A DNA stretch of 64,000 nt from Spirochaetia bacterium (GTDB taxonomy: Bacteria > Spirochaetota > Spirochaetia > SZUA-6 > Bin103), in the NCBI GenBank assembly GCA_965203905.1, contig CBDBDQ010000005.1:1696001-1760000 (forward strand), in the 5' to 3' direction. Shown one piece after another: positions 1-9,566 of this stretch; within the stretch, counting starts at the first letter, position 1, and each line of letters starts with the position of its first letter. The position numbers and the translations under genes were made by a program. Below the pieces are notes generated by a model, which did not search any database, was not told where the DNA came from, and was given only the letters and a program-made list of their open reading frames with translations.

Positions 1-384
1 CTTGTACAGATGCGCACAGGTGCGTTCGGGCGGGCAGCCGAGTCCGGTGGCGGCGCGGACGACGATCTGCTCCAGGGTGTCGCGCCATGCGCCGCCCGCA
101 ACGCGCAGCCGGGCCGCGTCGAACTGCCTGCAGGCGCGGACGGAAGGGTCCACCAGCGTCTGCTCGCCGCGGCCGTAGGGTGCCGGGGCCGCCGCGGCGT
201 TCAGCGCGTGCGCCTGCTGCGCGGTGATGGGAAAGGAAAGCGGGCCGACTCCGTCGACTTCCACCAGCGGCATCGGTACGAATAGACGGCCCTGAGCGCA
301 GTAATCGCCCGGCCGGTCGATCGCGCGCAGCAACGCTTCCAGCGGCGCCTGGTCCTCATTGTAGGCAACGTCCACGTCGGCCAT
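1..384 (-). CDS. 2OG-Fe(II) oxygenase family protein, N-terminal part (runs off window start)
   Basis: Not in the ORF track because there is no stop in the window. ATG at 384 with AGGAG upstream; reads MADVDVAYNEDQAPLEALLRAIDRPGDYCAQG...PAPYGRGEQTLVDPSVR...AHLYK, resembling the N-terminus of this family as I recall it. Confidence 0.65.
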   Translation of the reverse strand, partial: MADVDVAYNEDQAPLEALLRAIDRPGDYCAQGRLFVPMPLVEVDGVGPLSFPITAQQAHALNAAAAPAPYGRGEQTLVDPSVRACRQFDAARLRVAGGAWRDTLEQIVVRAATGLGCPPERTCAHLYK

Positions 385-604
385 CGTCAGACTCTCCTCG
401 GATTTCGGATTATCAGTCGGGAACCCGAACGAGGGCAAACGGCGGCGGCCTGACGCCCCCTGACGCCCGCACGGTTCCCGGTGCCGAACGGACCGCCCTG
501 CGAGACCACGGTCAGGCTCTGCGCCGCGCCGCCGCCCGCCACCGCCGCCGGCGCGGCAAAACGGCTCCGAGCGATCGCCGATTCATCGATGTGCATCGCC
601 AACG

Positions 605-2134
605 TCACATGCCCCAGACCGTGACCGGTGCGCCGGCCCCGGGCGGCGCTTCGCGGCGGAAGATCTTCTGCTCCCAGCTTCGCTCCGGGGCGCGGTCGAA
701 CACGATCAGTTGGCCCGCCTCCGCCGCGGACCGATCCACGTAGGCGCGCGTCTGGTCGATTCCCTCCGCGACGATCAGCAGGTCGTTCCGCCCCCGCCCT
801 AGCGCGTACTCGCGCTCGATGCGCCCGCCGCCGTTCACGATGCGCTGCAGGTGCGCCTGCAGCAGCAACTGCGGGCCGGCCTCGTGGTACCGCTCGAAGC
901 GCTGCACCCCCCGCTGCGCGGCCCTTCGGGGCTCGGAGTGCTCCCGGAAGAACGCCTGGAACGCCGCGATCAGCCCCGCCACGTCCAGACCGCCGTCCGC
1001 GTCCACGTACCACGCCATCCGCTGCGGCAGCGTCTCTTGCACCACGTAGTTCAGATGACGCGGCGCCACCTCCGCGTAGATCGGGTTGGCGACGCGCGGC
1101 GGGCCGTGCTGGGCCACCAGGCCCAGGTCGCGGACGTATGTCAGGTCTTCGTCCGAGCACGCGACCTCGTCCGCACCGGTCAGGATCGGTTCGATTACGC
1201 GCCGCACGCGTTCCTCGCGCAACTTGTTCCCCAGGTCGTCGATATGGGTGTCCCGGCGCAGGATCAGCCGCTCTTGCGCCTCCAGGATCGCGTCTGCAGT
1301 GATCGGGCGACCGCGGTCGCGGCCCGGCTTGTGGCGGAAGCAGGCGTCGTAGCACAGCGCGTTCACCAGCCACGGCTGGCCGCCGGTACGAGTCACGATC
1401 AGCTCCAGCGCCCCTTCAGTGAACGCCTGCCCGGTCTGCGCCGTGTGCTGCGCGATCAGGGCGCGGATCTCCTGCTCGGAGAAGTCGCCGAGTCGCAACG
1501 ACTCGGACTTGATGTTGAAGGCGCTGCCTCCGAGCACCAGGCGGTTCTCGGCGGTCGAATAGACGCGGTAGTCGCGCACGTCGCGCACGCCGCACAGGAC
1601 GATGCTGTGCGGGAAGCCGTCCGGGCGTTCGTCGTAGCCGGCGCGAAGCTGCCGCAGAACCGACAGCAGGGTGTCGCCGATCAACGTGTCGATCTCGTCG
1701 ATCAGCAGCACCAGCGGCCTGGGGTCGGCCTCGGCCCAGCGCGCGAGCACTTCGATCAGCGCGCCGTCCGCCCCCTCCTGTTCGAGCGCGGCATGGCGCA
1801 CCCGGTTCGGGGTCTCGTCACCCAACGCCCGGCGTGCCCGGCGCGCGAGTTCGCCGAGCATGGCGCGCATCGCCCGCGTCGTATCCTCGCGTCCGGCCGG
1901 GCCCACCTCGAAGTTGGCGTACACGCAACGCCAGTCGCCCACCTCGCCGGAGTTCAGCAGATCGCGCAGTGCAAGCAGCGCCGACGTCTTGCCGGTCTGG
2001 CGCGGCGCGTGCAGCACGAAGTACCGCTTGTCCCTTACGAGGCCGAACGTCTCGTCGAGATCGATTCGCTCCAGAGGCGGGATGTGGTAGTGGTCCGCCG
2101 CAACGATGGGACCGGCGGTGGCGAACGTGCGCAT
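605..2134 (-). CDS. AAA-like P-loop ATPase (AAA_35-like) with a degenerate C-terminal PD-(D/E)xK-like domain
   Basis: Walker A APRQTGKTS, Walker B LLIDEID; C-terminal RIEREYALGRGRNDLLI. The ExK segment expected after it appears to be missing. Confidence 0.75.
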   Translation of the reverse strand: MRTFATAGPIVAADHYHIPPLERIDLDETFGLVRDKRYFVLHAPRQTGKTSALLALRDLLNSGEVGDWRCVYANFEVGPAGREDTTRAMRAMLGELARRARRALGDETPNRVRHAALEQEGADGALIEVLARWAEADPRPLVLLIDEIDTLIGDTLLSVLRQLRAGYDERPDGFPHSIVLCGVRDVRDYRVYSTAENRLVLGGSAFNIKSESLRLGDFSEQEIRALIAQHTAQTGQAFTEGALELIVTRTGGQPWLVNALCYDACFRHKPGRDRGRPITADAILEAQERLILRRDTHIDDLGNKLREERVRRVIEPILTGADEVACSDEDLTYVRDLGLVAQHGPPRVANPIYAEVAPRHLNYVVQETLPQRMAWYVDADGGLDVAGLIAAFQAFFREHSEPRRAAQRGVQRFERYHEAGPQLLLQAHLQRIVNGGGRIEREYALGRGRNDLLIVAEGIDQTRAYVDRSAAEAGQLIVFDRAPERSWEQKIFRREAPPGAGAPVTVWGM

Positions 2135-2251
2135 GGCGGCTCATTGTCACACGGCGCGGCGCGCCTGTCATCGCGCCGCACAGCACGTAGACTCCCGCGG
2201 TACGGCGACTGCACTCGCGTTGCTCACGGCGCCGGACCGCGCGTCGGACAG

Positions 2252-3790
2252 CTACTCCCGTTCGAACCCCTGGTCCGTGAAGTTGAGCGTACGGCTGTTC
2301 TCGGTGACGGTGCGCACGACGTGATCGGGAGCGCCGTCCGGGATCTCCGCCTGGATCTCCAGCGTGACGGTGACCTGGGCGCCTACCAGCCCGGCGAGAT
2401 GGGCGATCACTTCGTCGGCGATCTGGCTGGCGTCCCGGCCGACGCGGGTGGCGTCGAGGGCAACAGAACCGTGAAAGCGCTTTAGCAGGCGAGTTGGGCG
2501 ACGGACACGTGATCGCCGCGCCAGAGCGGCACACGGTCCAGCTCCATCCGCAAGAGTGTAGCGGCGTAAGCAGTCATGAGCCCGTCCTGCGCCCGCAGCC
2601 GGCGGGACGCGCGAACCGCAAGCGGGTCGGATCCCGTCAGGTTCAAGGGCTCCCACGACACCGCTCCATGCGTATCGGATTGTCCCGGTACCAGCAACCA
2701 CCGGTAGGTCTCGGGAATCCGCGTCGTCACCTCCGTTGCAGCCACATCGCGCTGCGTTTCCGCCTGACGCACCTGTTGCGGGGCGAGATTGAGATGCTCC
2801 TGCTCGCCGATGATCGACTCCCAGGCCAGAAAACGCCTCACCGCCTCGTCGAGCTCCTGGAGGCGGGTGGCGTCGGCGGCGAGAAACAGCAGCGTGTTGC
2901 GGTAGATGCGCGGTGAAGTACCGCGCGACTCCAGAATCGCCTGCGCCTGTTGGAGTGCGGAGCTCTCTCCGCCTCGGCTGTGAGGATACTCGATTCCGAT
3001 TACGACAAGCCGTGCGTCCATGTCGTCGGGCACGTCCTGGCCTGAGTGCGGCAAGGGGTGCACACGGCTGAAGTCTCCTCTCTGGCGCAGGTCGGACCGT
3101 ACCCGTTTGGCGATTTCGAGCACTACGCGGTCCGGATTGCGCCGCATCTGCTCGGCTCGATCTTCCGCCAGCTTGGTGACCGTGGGCTGGGTGGCGAACC
3201 AGTAGCGGGCGTTGTCCTCGTAGAGGTAGGTAGCGCCGGTCGCCAGCCGTCGGAGCGCATCCCCGAACACGGCCGGGGGCTCGGCCGGCATCACACGCAT
3301 CACACAGCCTAGCTTGACACGCCGGTCGTCGATCCCCCGCTGGGCAGCTCCGGTAGTGGGAGCGGAACCGAGGAAAATCGCCCGCGCAACGCGGCGACTG
3401 GCGGCGAACTTTCCCAGGTTCGGCTGGTCGCTGTCGACCCGCAGCGGCAGCGAGTCAGCGCCGTCGACATCTTTTCGATGATCGGCGTCCAGTTGTCGTC
3501 GAGGTACCGGGTCAGCTCCGACTGGATGCGCGCGTCTTCGAGCGCGATGCTGCCCGGCAGGATGAGCGGACTGCGGTCTCCTCGCTCCCATAGGTGATGA
3601 ATCACCGCCGCCATCAGACGCAGCACGCCGCGGGTGCGCTGGAACTTGCCCAGTGCCGACCAGTCGGTGTAGAGCCGATCGAATACCTCGGGATGGATCG
3701 GATAGGCGTCCTTGATCCGTTTTTCGTAGTCGGCCTCACGGCACTCGGCTGGGAACTCCTGCTGCTGCGCGCGGTACAGGTGCAGCGCGG
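2252..3790 (-). pseudogene. DUF499-family AAA+ ATPase, fragmented C-terminal half
   Basis: Three consecutive frames give YPIHPEVFDRLY..FQRTRGVLRLMA, then SRRVARAIFLGSAP..PLWRGDHVSV, then KRFHGSVALDATRVGRDA..RTVTENSRTLNF. Frameshift at the T-run 3472-3475, probable internal deletion near 2490, no N-terminal half. Confidence 0.8.
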
Positions 3791-3931
3791 CAACATCGCC
3801 CCCGTCGACCTCGCTCAGGCCGCCATCGGTCCTGGGATGGCGGTATACAACCGCTACGCCAGGGTGCCCCATGATGCGAGTAAGACGTGCCGGTTTGTTG
3901 GTCAGTTATGCGCCGCCTGATGCCCATGCGG

Positions 3932-4456
3932 TCAACAAGCACGACGCGGCCGCCAGCGTGCCAGCCGTTTGTTCACCTCTGCTCCCGGCAGCCTGCACCG
4001 TGGATGATCGCTGATCGCTTTGAGCGCTGAATATAGCGTATCGTGATCGGTCACCTTGGCCGCCATCATCTCGTCGAGCAGCCACAGGACACCATGACAG
4101 ACGACACCCTCGGACACTGCCAGATTTCGAAGCACACGGTCTCCCGTAAGCAGCATCCAGCGGTTCCCCGTGGCGAGAGCAAGAGCAAAGGTGTCGACGA
4201 GGGACAGCGAGGGTCGCATGCGGCGATACTCGAGCGCGCGGGCAACTCCCTCTCCATCAAGTTCCGCCACCCGGAGCCCCCGCTTGCGCAACTCGGCTCC
4301 GCCGTACGGCCTCAGCTCGCGTTCGTACAGCAGATCGGGGACGATGAACACGATTGGAAGATCGAATACTGCCTCCAGGAGAGAACCGCGGGCCAAGTCC
4401 GTCAGCACGGAAGTATCGGAGACGGAGAGACGGGATTCGTGGTGTTCGGACTGCAA
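3932..4456 (-). CDS. PIN-domain protein (putative RNase toxin, DUF3368-like)
   Basis: VSDTSVLTDL, LSLVDTFALALA, LLTGDRVLR and HGVLWLL motifs; directly downstream of the XRE-ImmA gene; start uncertain. Confidence 0.8.
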   Translation of the reverse strand: MQSEHHESRLSVSDTSVLTDLARGSLLEAVFDLPIVFIVPDLLYERELRPYGGAELRKRGLRVAELDGEGVARALEYRRMRPSLSLVDTFALALATGNRWMLLTGDRVLRNLAVSEGVVCHGVLWLLDEMMAAKVTDHDTLYSALKAISDHPRCRLPGAEVNKRLARWRPRRAC

Positions 4457-4471
4457 TCGATTGGTTGCCTG

Positions 4472-5536
4472 TTACTGCTGTGGGGGTTGCTCCATCCACT
4501 GGTGCAAGTCGCGTACGGACATACCCAGCAGTTCCGCAGCCTTCGCTTCGGAGATCACGTTCTCGGCCAACGCACGAGAGCAGAGGCGTTCAAAGCGTGA
4601 AGGCGACTCCGGTTTGATCGGCTGAGGCTCCCGGTATGGCGGGCTGCGCCAGCCAAACCTCGATATGTCACGAAACAGCCGCGTGTAGAGGACGTCGTTG
4701 ATGATACCGAGATCCCGGCAGCGATATACGATTGCCTGCACACTCACCCCGAACACCCGCTTCAGGTTGAACAGTTCGCTCCAGCCAATGGACGTGCGCC
4801 GTCTGCCGATCTCGGTGCGCACGGCATCCGCCGGCATGAGGAACGCTCCCGCGAACCGCTGAGCCGCCTTCTCCGAATCGACCTTGTCGTCAACCGTCAG
4901 AACCAAATGCCCCAGCTCGTGCGTGAGCGTGAACCGCTGGCGTTCTCCTGAGTGATTGCGGTTTACAACTATGACCGCATCGATCGCCTTGTTCCCGCGC
5001 CGTACGTATGCGGTCAACCCTCCGATATCGCTCAGCTCCAAAGCGAGCACCTTGATTCCGCACTCCTCCAGGAGTTCGACCACGCTCAGGATCGGCTTGC
5101 GTCCGAGATCCCAGTGGGTACGCAGGCTGATGGCCGCTTGCTCCACCTCAGACAGGTCGGCAACCACCGGATACGGCGCCTCACGTGGCTTGTCCCACTC
5201 CACGCTCGGCAGCGACAGGAGTCCCTCAACCGAGATATACCGCTCCAGGAGATCTATAACTCTCGCCTGAACAATAGTTTGCTCGCGCTTTCTCGTGATT
5301 GACTTCTTGCGGAACTCGACGGCCTCAAGCACCAAGTCCTGCTCGCTGGTCAGGTACTCGACGGACACTCCCAGGGCTTTGGCCAGCGCGATGAGCACGC
5401 CAGATCCCGGGATCGACTCGTTGCGCTCGTACTTGCCAATCGCTTGAGCCGTCACCCGACCGCCGATTCGCCCCTCCAGGGCGCGCAAGGACAGGCCGGC
5501 AGCAGACCGGGCCAGCTTCAGCCTAGTACCGATCAC
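4472..5536 (-). CDS. XRE-family HTH fused to ImmA/IrrE zinc metallopeptidase
   Basis: N-terminal RLKLARSAAGLSLRAL..AIGKYERN HTH; RQRFTLTHELGH HExxH motif; EKAAQRFAGAFLMP. GTG at 5536 with GGAGGG upstream. Confidence 0.9.
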   Translation of the reverse strand: MIGTRLKLARSAAGLSLRALEGRIGGRVTAQAIGKYERNESIPGSGVLIALAKALGVSVEYLTSEQDLVLEAVEFRKKSITRKREQTIVQARVIDLLERYISVEGLLSLPSVEWDKPREAPYPVVADLSEVEQAAISLRTHWDLGRKPILSVVELLEECGIKVLALELSDIGGLTAYVRRGNKAIDAVIVVNRNHSGERQRFTLTHELGHLVLTVDDKVDSEKAAQRFAGAFLMPADAVRTEIGRRRTSIGWSELFNLKRVFGVSVQAIVYRCRDLGIINDVLYTRLFRDISRFGWRSPPYREPQPIKPESPSRFERLCSRALAENVISEAKAAELLGMSVRDLHQWMEQPPQQ

Positions 5537-5573
5537 GACTGCACCCTCCCCATCTCGGACGCGGTTGTATTGC

Positions 5574-5608
5574 TTGACAAGAATCACGCATGCATGATAG
5601 TATGTAAA
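5574..5608. promoter_or_regulatory. Overlapping divergent sigma70-type promoters around a palindromic candidate operator
   Basis: Plus strand TTGACA (5574-5579), 18 nt, TAGTAT preceded by TG (extended -10); minus strand TTTACA; central 14/16 palindrome ATCACGCATGCATGAT (5583-5598). Confidence 0.65.
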
Positions 5609-5684
5609 CCAAATTAAATCGCCGTCCAGGGCAACGGCACACCGCATGCTGCGGGACGGGAGTCATTTGAAGAGAGGTACACAG

Positions 5685-7025
5685 ATGCGACTACACATGA
5701 ATGCCCCAGGGGCGCGCACCCCGCTGGCGACGCCGCCCGCGACAAGGGTAAACCACAACCCGCAGAATATCGACAGCAACGCACGGTACCAAGCGAATCC
5801 GCTTGACCTCCTGCTCGCCGACATCGCAATCCGCATCCAGCTTAGCCGCACGGACTACGCCAGGGCCGTCCAGCGGTACGAGAGCGTCAGTCAGTGGATC
5901 GAACGGGACAGGAGCCTGCTGCACGGCCTTGTCGAGCTGTTCTGCGCACAAGGGTCGATGGCCATCGGTGCGACGATTGCGGCGAGGGGCACCGACGAGT
6001 TCGACATCGACGTCGTGGTGCAGTTGCTATTGGCGGGCAACGTCTCGCCAGAGACTCCCCTGGACGTGCTGTATGAGGCGATCAGGGGAGAGCCGGGATC
6101 CCGGTACTATCGGATGACAAAGCGACGAACTCGTTGCGTGACTGTCGAATACGAGGATGGCATGCACATCGACTTCACACCGGCGGTTCGCCGCTGGGGC
6201 ACGCCGGACCGCGAAAGCTGGATCTTCCATCATCGGCCAGAAGCGCCTGACGAGCCATCAAGGCGGCTCGTCGCCAACCCGTACGGCTTCGCCGAATGGT
6301 ACACCGAGTGCACACCGCCGGATGGCCCATTTGTCGACTTTTACATGCAACGGGCCGACTCGTACGAACGAGCCTTGCTGAAAATCGAGGCGGATGCTGA
6401 GCCGGTGCCGCCTCAGCAACCAGCGCTCAAGAAGTCGAATGCCACTATTGCCTTGCAGCTCGTGAAGCGTTGGCGCAACGTACAATACGAATCGCGGTCA
6501 GGCCGACGCCCGCCGTCGATCATGATTGCGAAACTCGTTGCCGATGCAGCGAATCGAACGGATGGACTTGGAGAGGAACTGCTGATTCAGGCTGAGCACC
6601 TGTTAGCGAAGTTCCAAGCGGCCCAAAACCGAAACACCCTTGTCAGCATCGTCAATCCTGTGTGTCATCAAGATGTTCTGACCGATCGCTGGCCAGCAAC
6701 TCTTGCCGAGCAAGCAATATTCGTCAAGGATCTGACCGATTTGGTCGCCAAGCTCAAGAGACTGCATAGCGGGTGTGATCTCGGTGAGATGAAGAAGATA
6801 ATGGCAGGGCTATTCGGCGAGGCCCCCACGGAGCGCGTGTTCTCAGACTTCAACGATCGTATCGGCTCTACCGTAATCGATGGAAGTCGCCATATCCGAA
6901 GGACAGGCGGTCTGGCCGTACCGCTGAGACCAGCAAACGGAACTGGAGCTGCTGCGGCCGTAGCTGTTGCGTCCGCAAGAACCCCCAAACACACGTTCTA
7001 TGGTAATGAGGCTAACCACTTCTGA
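5685..7025 (+). CDS. cGAS/DncV-like nucleotidyltransferase (CBASS CD-NTase, SMODS family)
   Basis: QGSMAIGATI..DEFDIDVV catalytic motif, MHIDFTPA third acidic residue, ANPYGFAEWY, QLVKRWRN; flexible tail ending HTFYG+NEANHF. GAGAGG SD before ATG 5685. Confidence 0.9.
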   Translation: MRLHMNAPGARTPLATPPATRVNHNPQNIDSNARYQANPLDLLLADIAIRIQLSRTDYARAVQRYESVSQWIERDRSLLHGLVELFCAQGSMAIGATIAARGTDEFDIDVVVQLLLAGNVSPETPLDVLYEAIRGEPGSRYYRMTKRRTRCVTVEYEDGMHIDFTPAVRRWGTPDRESWIFHHRPEAPDEPSRRLVANPYGFAEWYTECTPPDGPFVDFYMQRADSYERALLKIEADAEPVPPQQPALKKSNATIALQLVKRWRNVQYESRSGRRPPSIMIAKLVADAANRTDGLGEELLIQAEHLLAKFQAAQNRNTLVSIVNPVCHQDVLTDRWPATLAEQAIFVKDLTDLVAKLKRLHSGCDLGEMKKIMAGLFGEAPTERVFSDFNDRIGSTVIDGSRHIRRTGGLAVPLRPANGTGAAAAVAVASARTPKHTFYGNEANHF

Positions 7026-7461
7026 TGCCATGAATGTTCACCGCGACAAAAAGCTGATGCTCAGAACGTGGCCCGGTTTTCGGGTCTTGACCAGTACGAG
7101 CAGGCTCGTCCACTGGCGCGGCGAGCTTCAACCACTATGCCAGATCTACTCCGTTGAGATACGTCACCGCATTGGACGGCGACCTGGGTCTGCGTCTACC
7201 ACTCCGCAAGTGACGGTCGTGCAGCCACAATTGCGTCGTAGGGAAGAAGAACCGCACAAACCAATTCCCCATCACTACGCAAACAAGGAGAGTCCAGAAC
7301 TACCGTTTCTCTGTCTCTTTGATCCGGACACAACAGAGTGGAATCCGAGTATGCCGATCGCGACTACGATCGTACCTTGGACGATTGATTGGCTGGCTTG
7401 CTATGAGGGGTGGCTCGCTACTGGTGTTTGGACGGGGGGCGGTCGAGCACATGATGCGTAG
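7006..7461 (+). CDS. Prokaryotic E2 (UBC-fold) protein of type II short CBASS
   Basis: WRGELQP, PIPHHY, LCLFDP (candidate catalytic Cys), EWNPSMPIATTIVPW..WL..YEGWLATG.W.GG; overlaps the CD-NTase stop; start could also be 7030. Confidence 0.8.
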   Translation: MRLTTSDAMNVHRDKKLMLRTWPGFRVLTSTSRLVHWRGELQPLCQIYSVEIRHRIGRRPGSASTTPQVTVVQPQLRRREEEPHKPIPHHYANKESPELPFLCLFDPDTTEWNPSMPIATTIVPWTIDWLACYEGWLATGVWTGGGRAHDA

Positions 7462-8536
7462 CCTTGGACCGGTAGCCAATAGCAGCGACGAACACATACC
7501 GAGGAAGCGTTCTTCAGGTACGCTTCAACGTCGACGTATCCTCCTTTCTTGGCCTGAGGGGCGTGCATTCCGAATTCTGTCCATCGACGGAGGCGGCATC
7601 CGCGGCATCTTTCCTGCCGCGTTTCTCGCTGGATTGGAGCGGCGATGGCTGGGATCCGACTCAATATCGAGATATTTCGATCTGATCGTAGGGACCTCTA
7701 CAGGCGGTATAATTGCTCTGGGACTCGCGTCAGGCTATACGGCTGCGGAACTCTGTCGTCTATATGTCGAACGCGGATGTGAGATATTTCCACCGATTCC
7801 CAACAATTGGTTCGGTGACCTGACGCGGGACTGGCGGAGGTTCTTCCAGTTATTCAAGGTCCGCTATGACCGAAAGTCGCTTGTCCGCATTCTGCGTGAG
7901 CTGTTCGGAACGCGGAAGTTCGGAGACACCAATACGCGTCTTTGCATACCATCCTTCGACGGCCGCCACGGCGAGCCGTACATATTCAAGACACCGCATC
8001 ACCCCGATTACCGCCTGGATCGCCATGAATCAACGGTGAAGGTAGCCGCAGCCACGGCCGCCGCCCCGACCTACTATGCCCCTATGGAAGACCGAGGCTA
8101 CAGGTTCATTGATGGAGGGGTCTGGGCCAATAACCCCGTCATGATAGCGCTTGTGGACGCACTGTCGTGCTTCGACGTTCCGCGCGAGCGGGTCCGCATA
8201 CTCAGTTTGGGCTGCGGCAACCGCCCTTATACCGTCGGCAAGGTAAAGGCCAAGATGGGGGGGGCTTTCGCTTGGTATGACATCATGTACGGAGCGATGC
8301 GCCTGCAGTCGCACAACGCGATAGGACAAGCAGGCCTACTGGTTAGCCGAGACGGGATTATTCGTGTGGACGCACCAGCAGACGCGCATCGAATCGCACT
8401 CGACGACTGGTCTCGCGCAGTTACGACGCTCCCGCACGCTGCCGAGGAGTCGCTGGAGAAGTACGGAAGCCAGGTCGAATCCGGGTTTCTGCAGGGACCG
8501 GCTGCTGATTACCGACCGGTTCCCGTGGCAGTGTAA
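7451..8536 (+). CDS. Patatin-like phospholipase, CBASS effector (CapV-like)
   Basis: DGGGIRG, GTSTG nucleophile elbow, AAPTYY, DGGVWANNP; overlaps the E2 stop. Confidence 0.9.
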   Translation: MMRSLGPVANSSDEHIPRKRSSGTLQRRRILLSWPEGRAFRILSIDGGGIRGIFPAAFLAGLERRWLGSDSISRYFDLIVGTSTGGIIALGLASGYTAAELCRLYVERGCEIFPPIPNNWFGDLTRDWRRFFQLFKVRYDRKSLVRILRELFGTRKFGDTNTRLCIPSFDGRHGEPYIFKTPHHPDYRLDRHESTVKVAAATAAAPTYYAPMEDRGYRFIDGGVWANNPVMIALVDALSCFDVPRERVRILSLGCGNRPYTVGKVKAKMGGAFAWYDIMYGAMRLQSHNAIGQAGLLVSRDGIIRVDAPADAHRIALDDWSRAVTTLPHAAEESLEKYGSQVESGFLQGPAADYRPVPVAV

Positions 8537-8683
8537 ACGTGCTGCCGGCCCGCACGCCCGCCGTTGGCTGAATCTCCCCGACCACCGAGCGACTCATCCG
8601 TTGTCAATGCCACGTCTACCGGTGTAGGTTACAATCTGTGCGTTACAACTATGGCGTAAAGCGGCACGTCAGGGACGGTTCAT

Positions 8684-9454
8684 ATGGGCTACAAATCCGA
8701 CATTGAGTGGACTGATGCTACCTGGAACCCCGTAACGGGTTGCACCAAAGTATCACGTGGATGTGACAATTGTTACGCAGAGCGCTTGGCAGAACGATTC
8801 CGTGGTACACGCGGACATCCATACGAGTATGGGTTCGATCTGAAGTTGCGTCCGGAACGGTTGTCCCAACCACTTTCATGGAAACGCTCTCGGAGAATAT
8901 TCGTAAATTCGATGAGCGATCTGTTTCACAAAGAGATACCACCAGAATTCCTCGATCGCATTTTCGAGGTCATGGAGGCGGCCGACTGGCACACGTTCCA
9001 AGTGCTCACAAAGCGCAGCTCAATCATGAGGCGCTATCTGACACGGCGATACAAGGGAATGGTAGCTCCACGACACATCTGGTTCGGTGTCTCCGTCGAA
9101 GAACACTTGGTAACCACAAGAATCAAACACCTTCAGGCGACACCTGCCACAATTCGTTTCCTTTCCATTGAGCCGCTTATCGGTCCCGTCGGAGATATTG
9201 AACTTGACGGAATCTCATGGGTCATTGTCGGTGGCGAAAGCGGTCCTAATGCGCGACCAATGAAAGAGCAATGGGTTCTCGACATAAAGGACAACTGTGA
9301 ACGGAATGGGGTTCATTTCTTCTTCAAACAGTGGGGTGGATCCACACCGAAGTCCGGTGGACGCCGACTTCAGGACACGGAATATAACGCCATGCCAGTT
9401 CTTGAGACGAACCTGCCCAAACGGAGGGTTCATGCAATTCAGTTGGCATCCTGA
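8684..9454 (+). CDS. DUF5131 / phage Gp37-Gp68 family protein (three-Cys motif)
   Basis: IEWTDATWNPVTGCTKVSRGCDNCYAE, FVNSMSDLFH, WVIVGGESG, FFFKQWGG. Confidence 0.9.
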   Translation: MGYKSDIEWTDATWNPVTGCTKVSRGCDNCYAERLAERFRGTRGHPYEYGFDLKLRPERLSQPLSWKRSRRIFVNSMSDLFHKEIPPEFLDRIFEVMEAADWHTFQVLTKRSSIMRRYLTRRYKGMVAPRHIWFGVSVEEHLVTTRIKHLQATPATIRFLSIEPLIGPVGDIELDGISWVIVGGESGPNARPMKEQWVLDIKDNCERNGVHFFFKQWGGSTPKSGGRRLQDTEYNAMPVLETNLPKRRVHAIQLAS

Positions 9455-9566
9455 CGAGCCACCGCCGCAGATCGAAGCACATAGCAAGGCAAAGCTGGGT
9501 CGTTATCGCGACTGCTTGCGGCGGAAGGCGGTCGACCGAATCGTTGTGTGCAGCGGGAGGGATTAA
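9432..9566 (+). pseudogene. tcmP: Three-Cys-motif partner protein remnant (44 codons)
   Basis: GGAGG+ATG overlapping the DUF5131 end; MQFSWHPDEPPPQIEAHSKAKL resembles a TcmP N-terminus, and TcmP is the usual DUF5131 partner; far too short to be intact. Confidence 0.6.

Noticed and set aside
5685-8536. Full type II (Cap2 E1-E2 + Cap3) or type III CBASS
   Set aside because: No ThiF/E1, JAB, HORMA or TRIP13 gene is present in the window.
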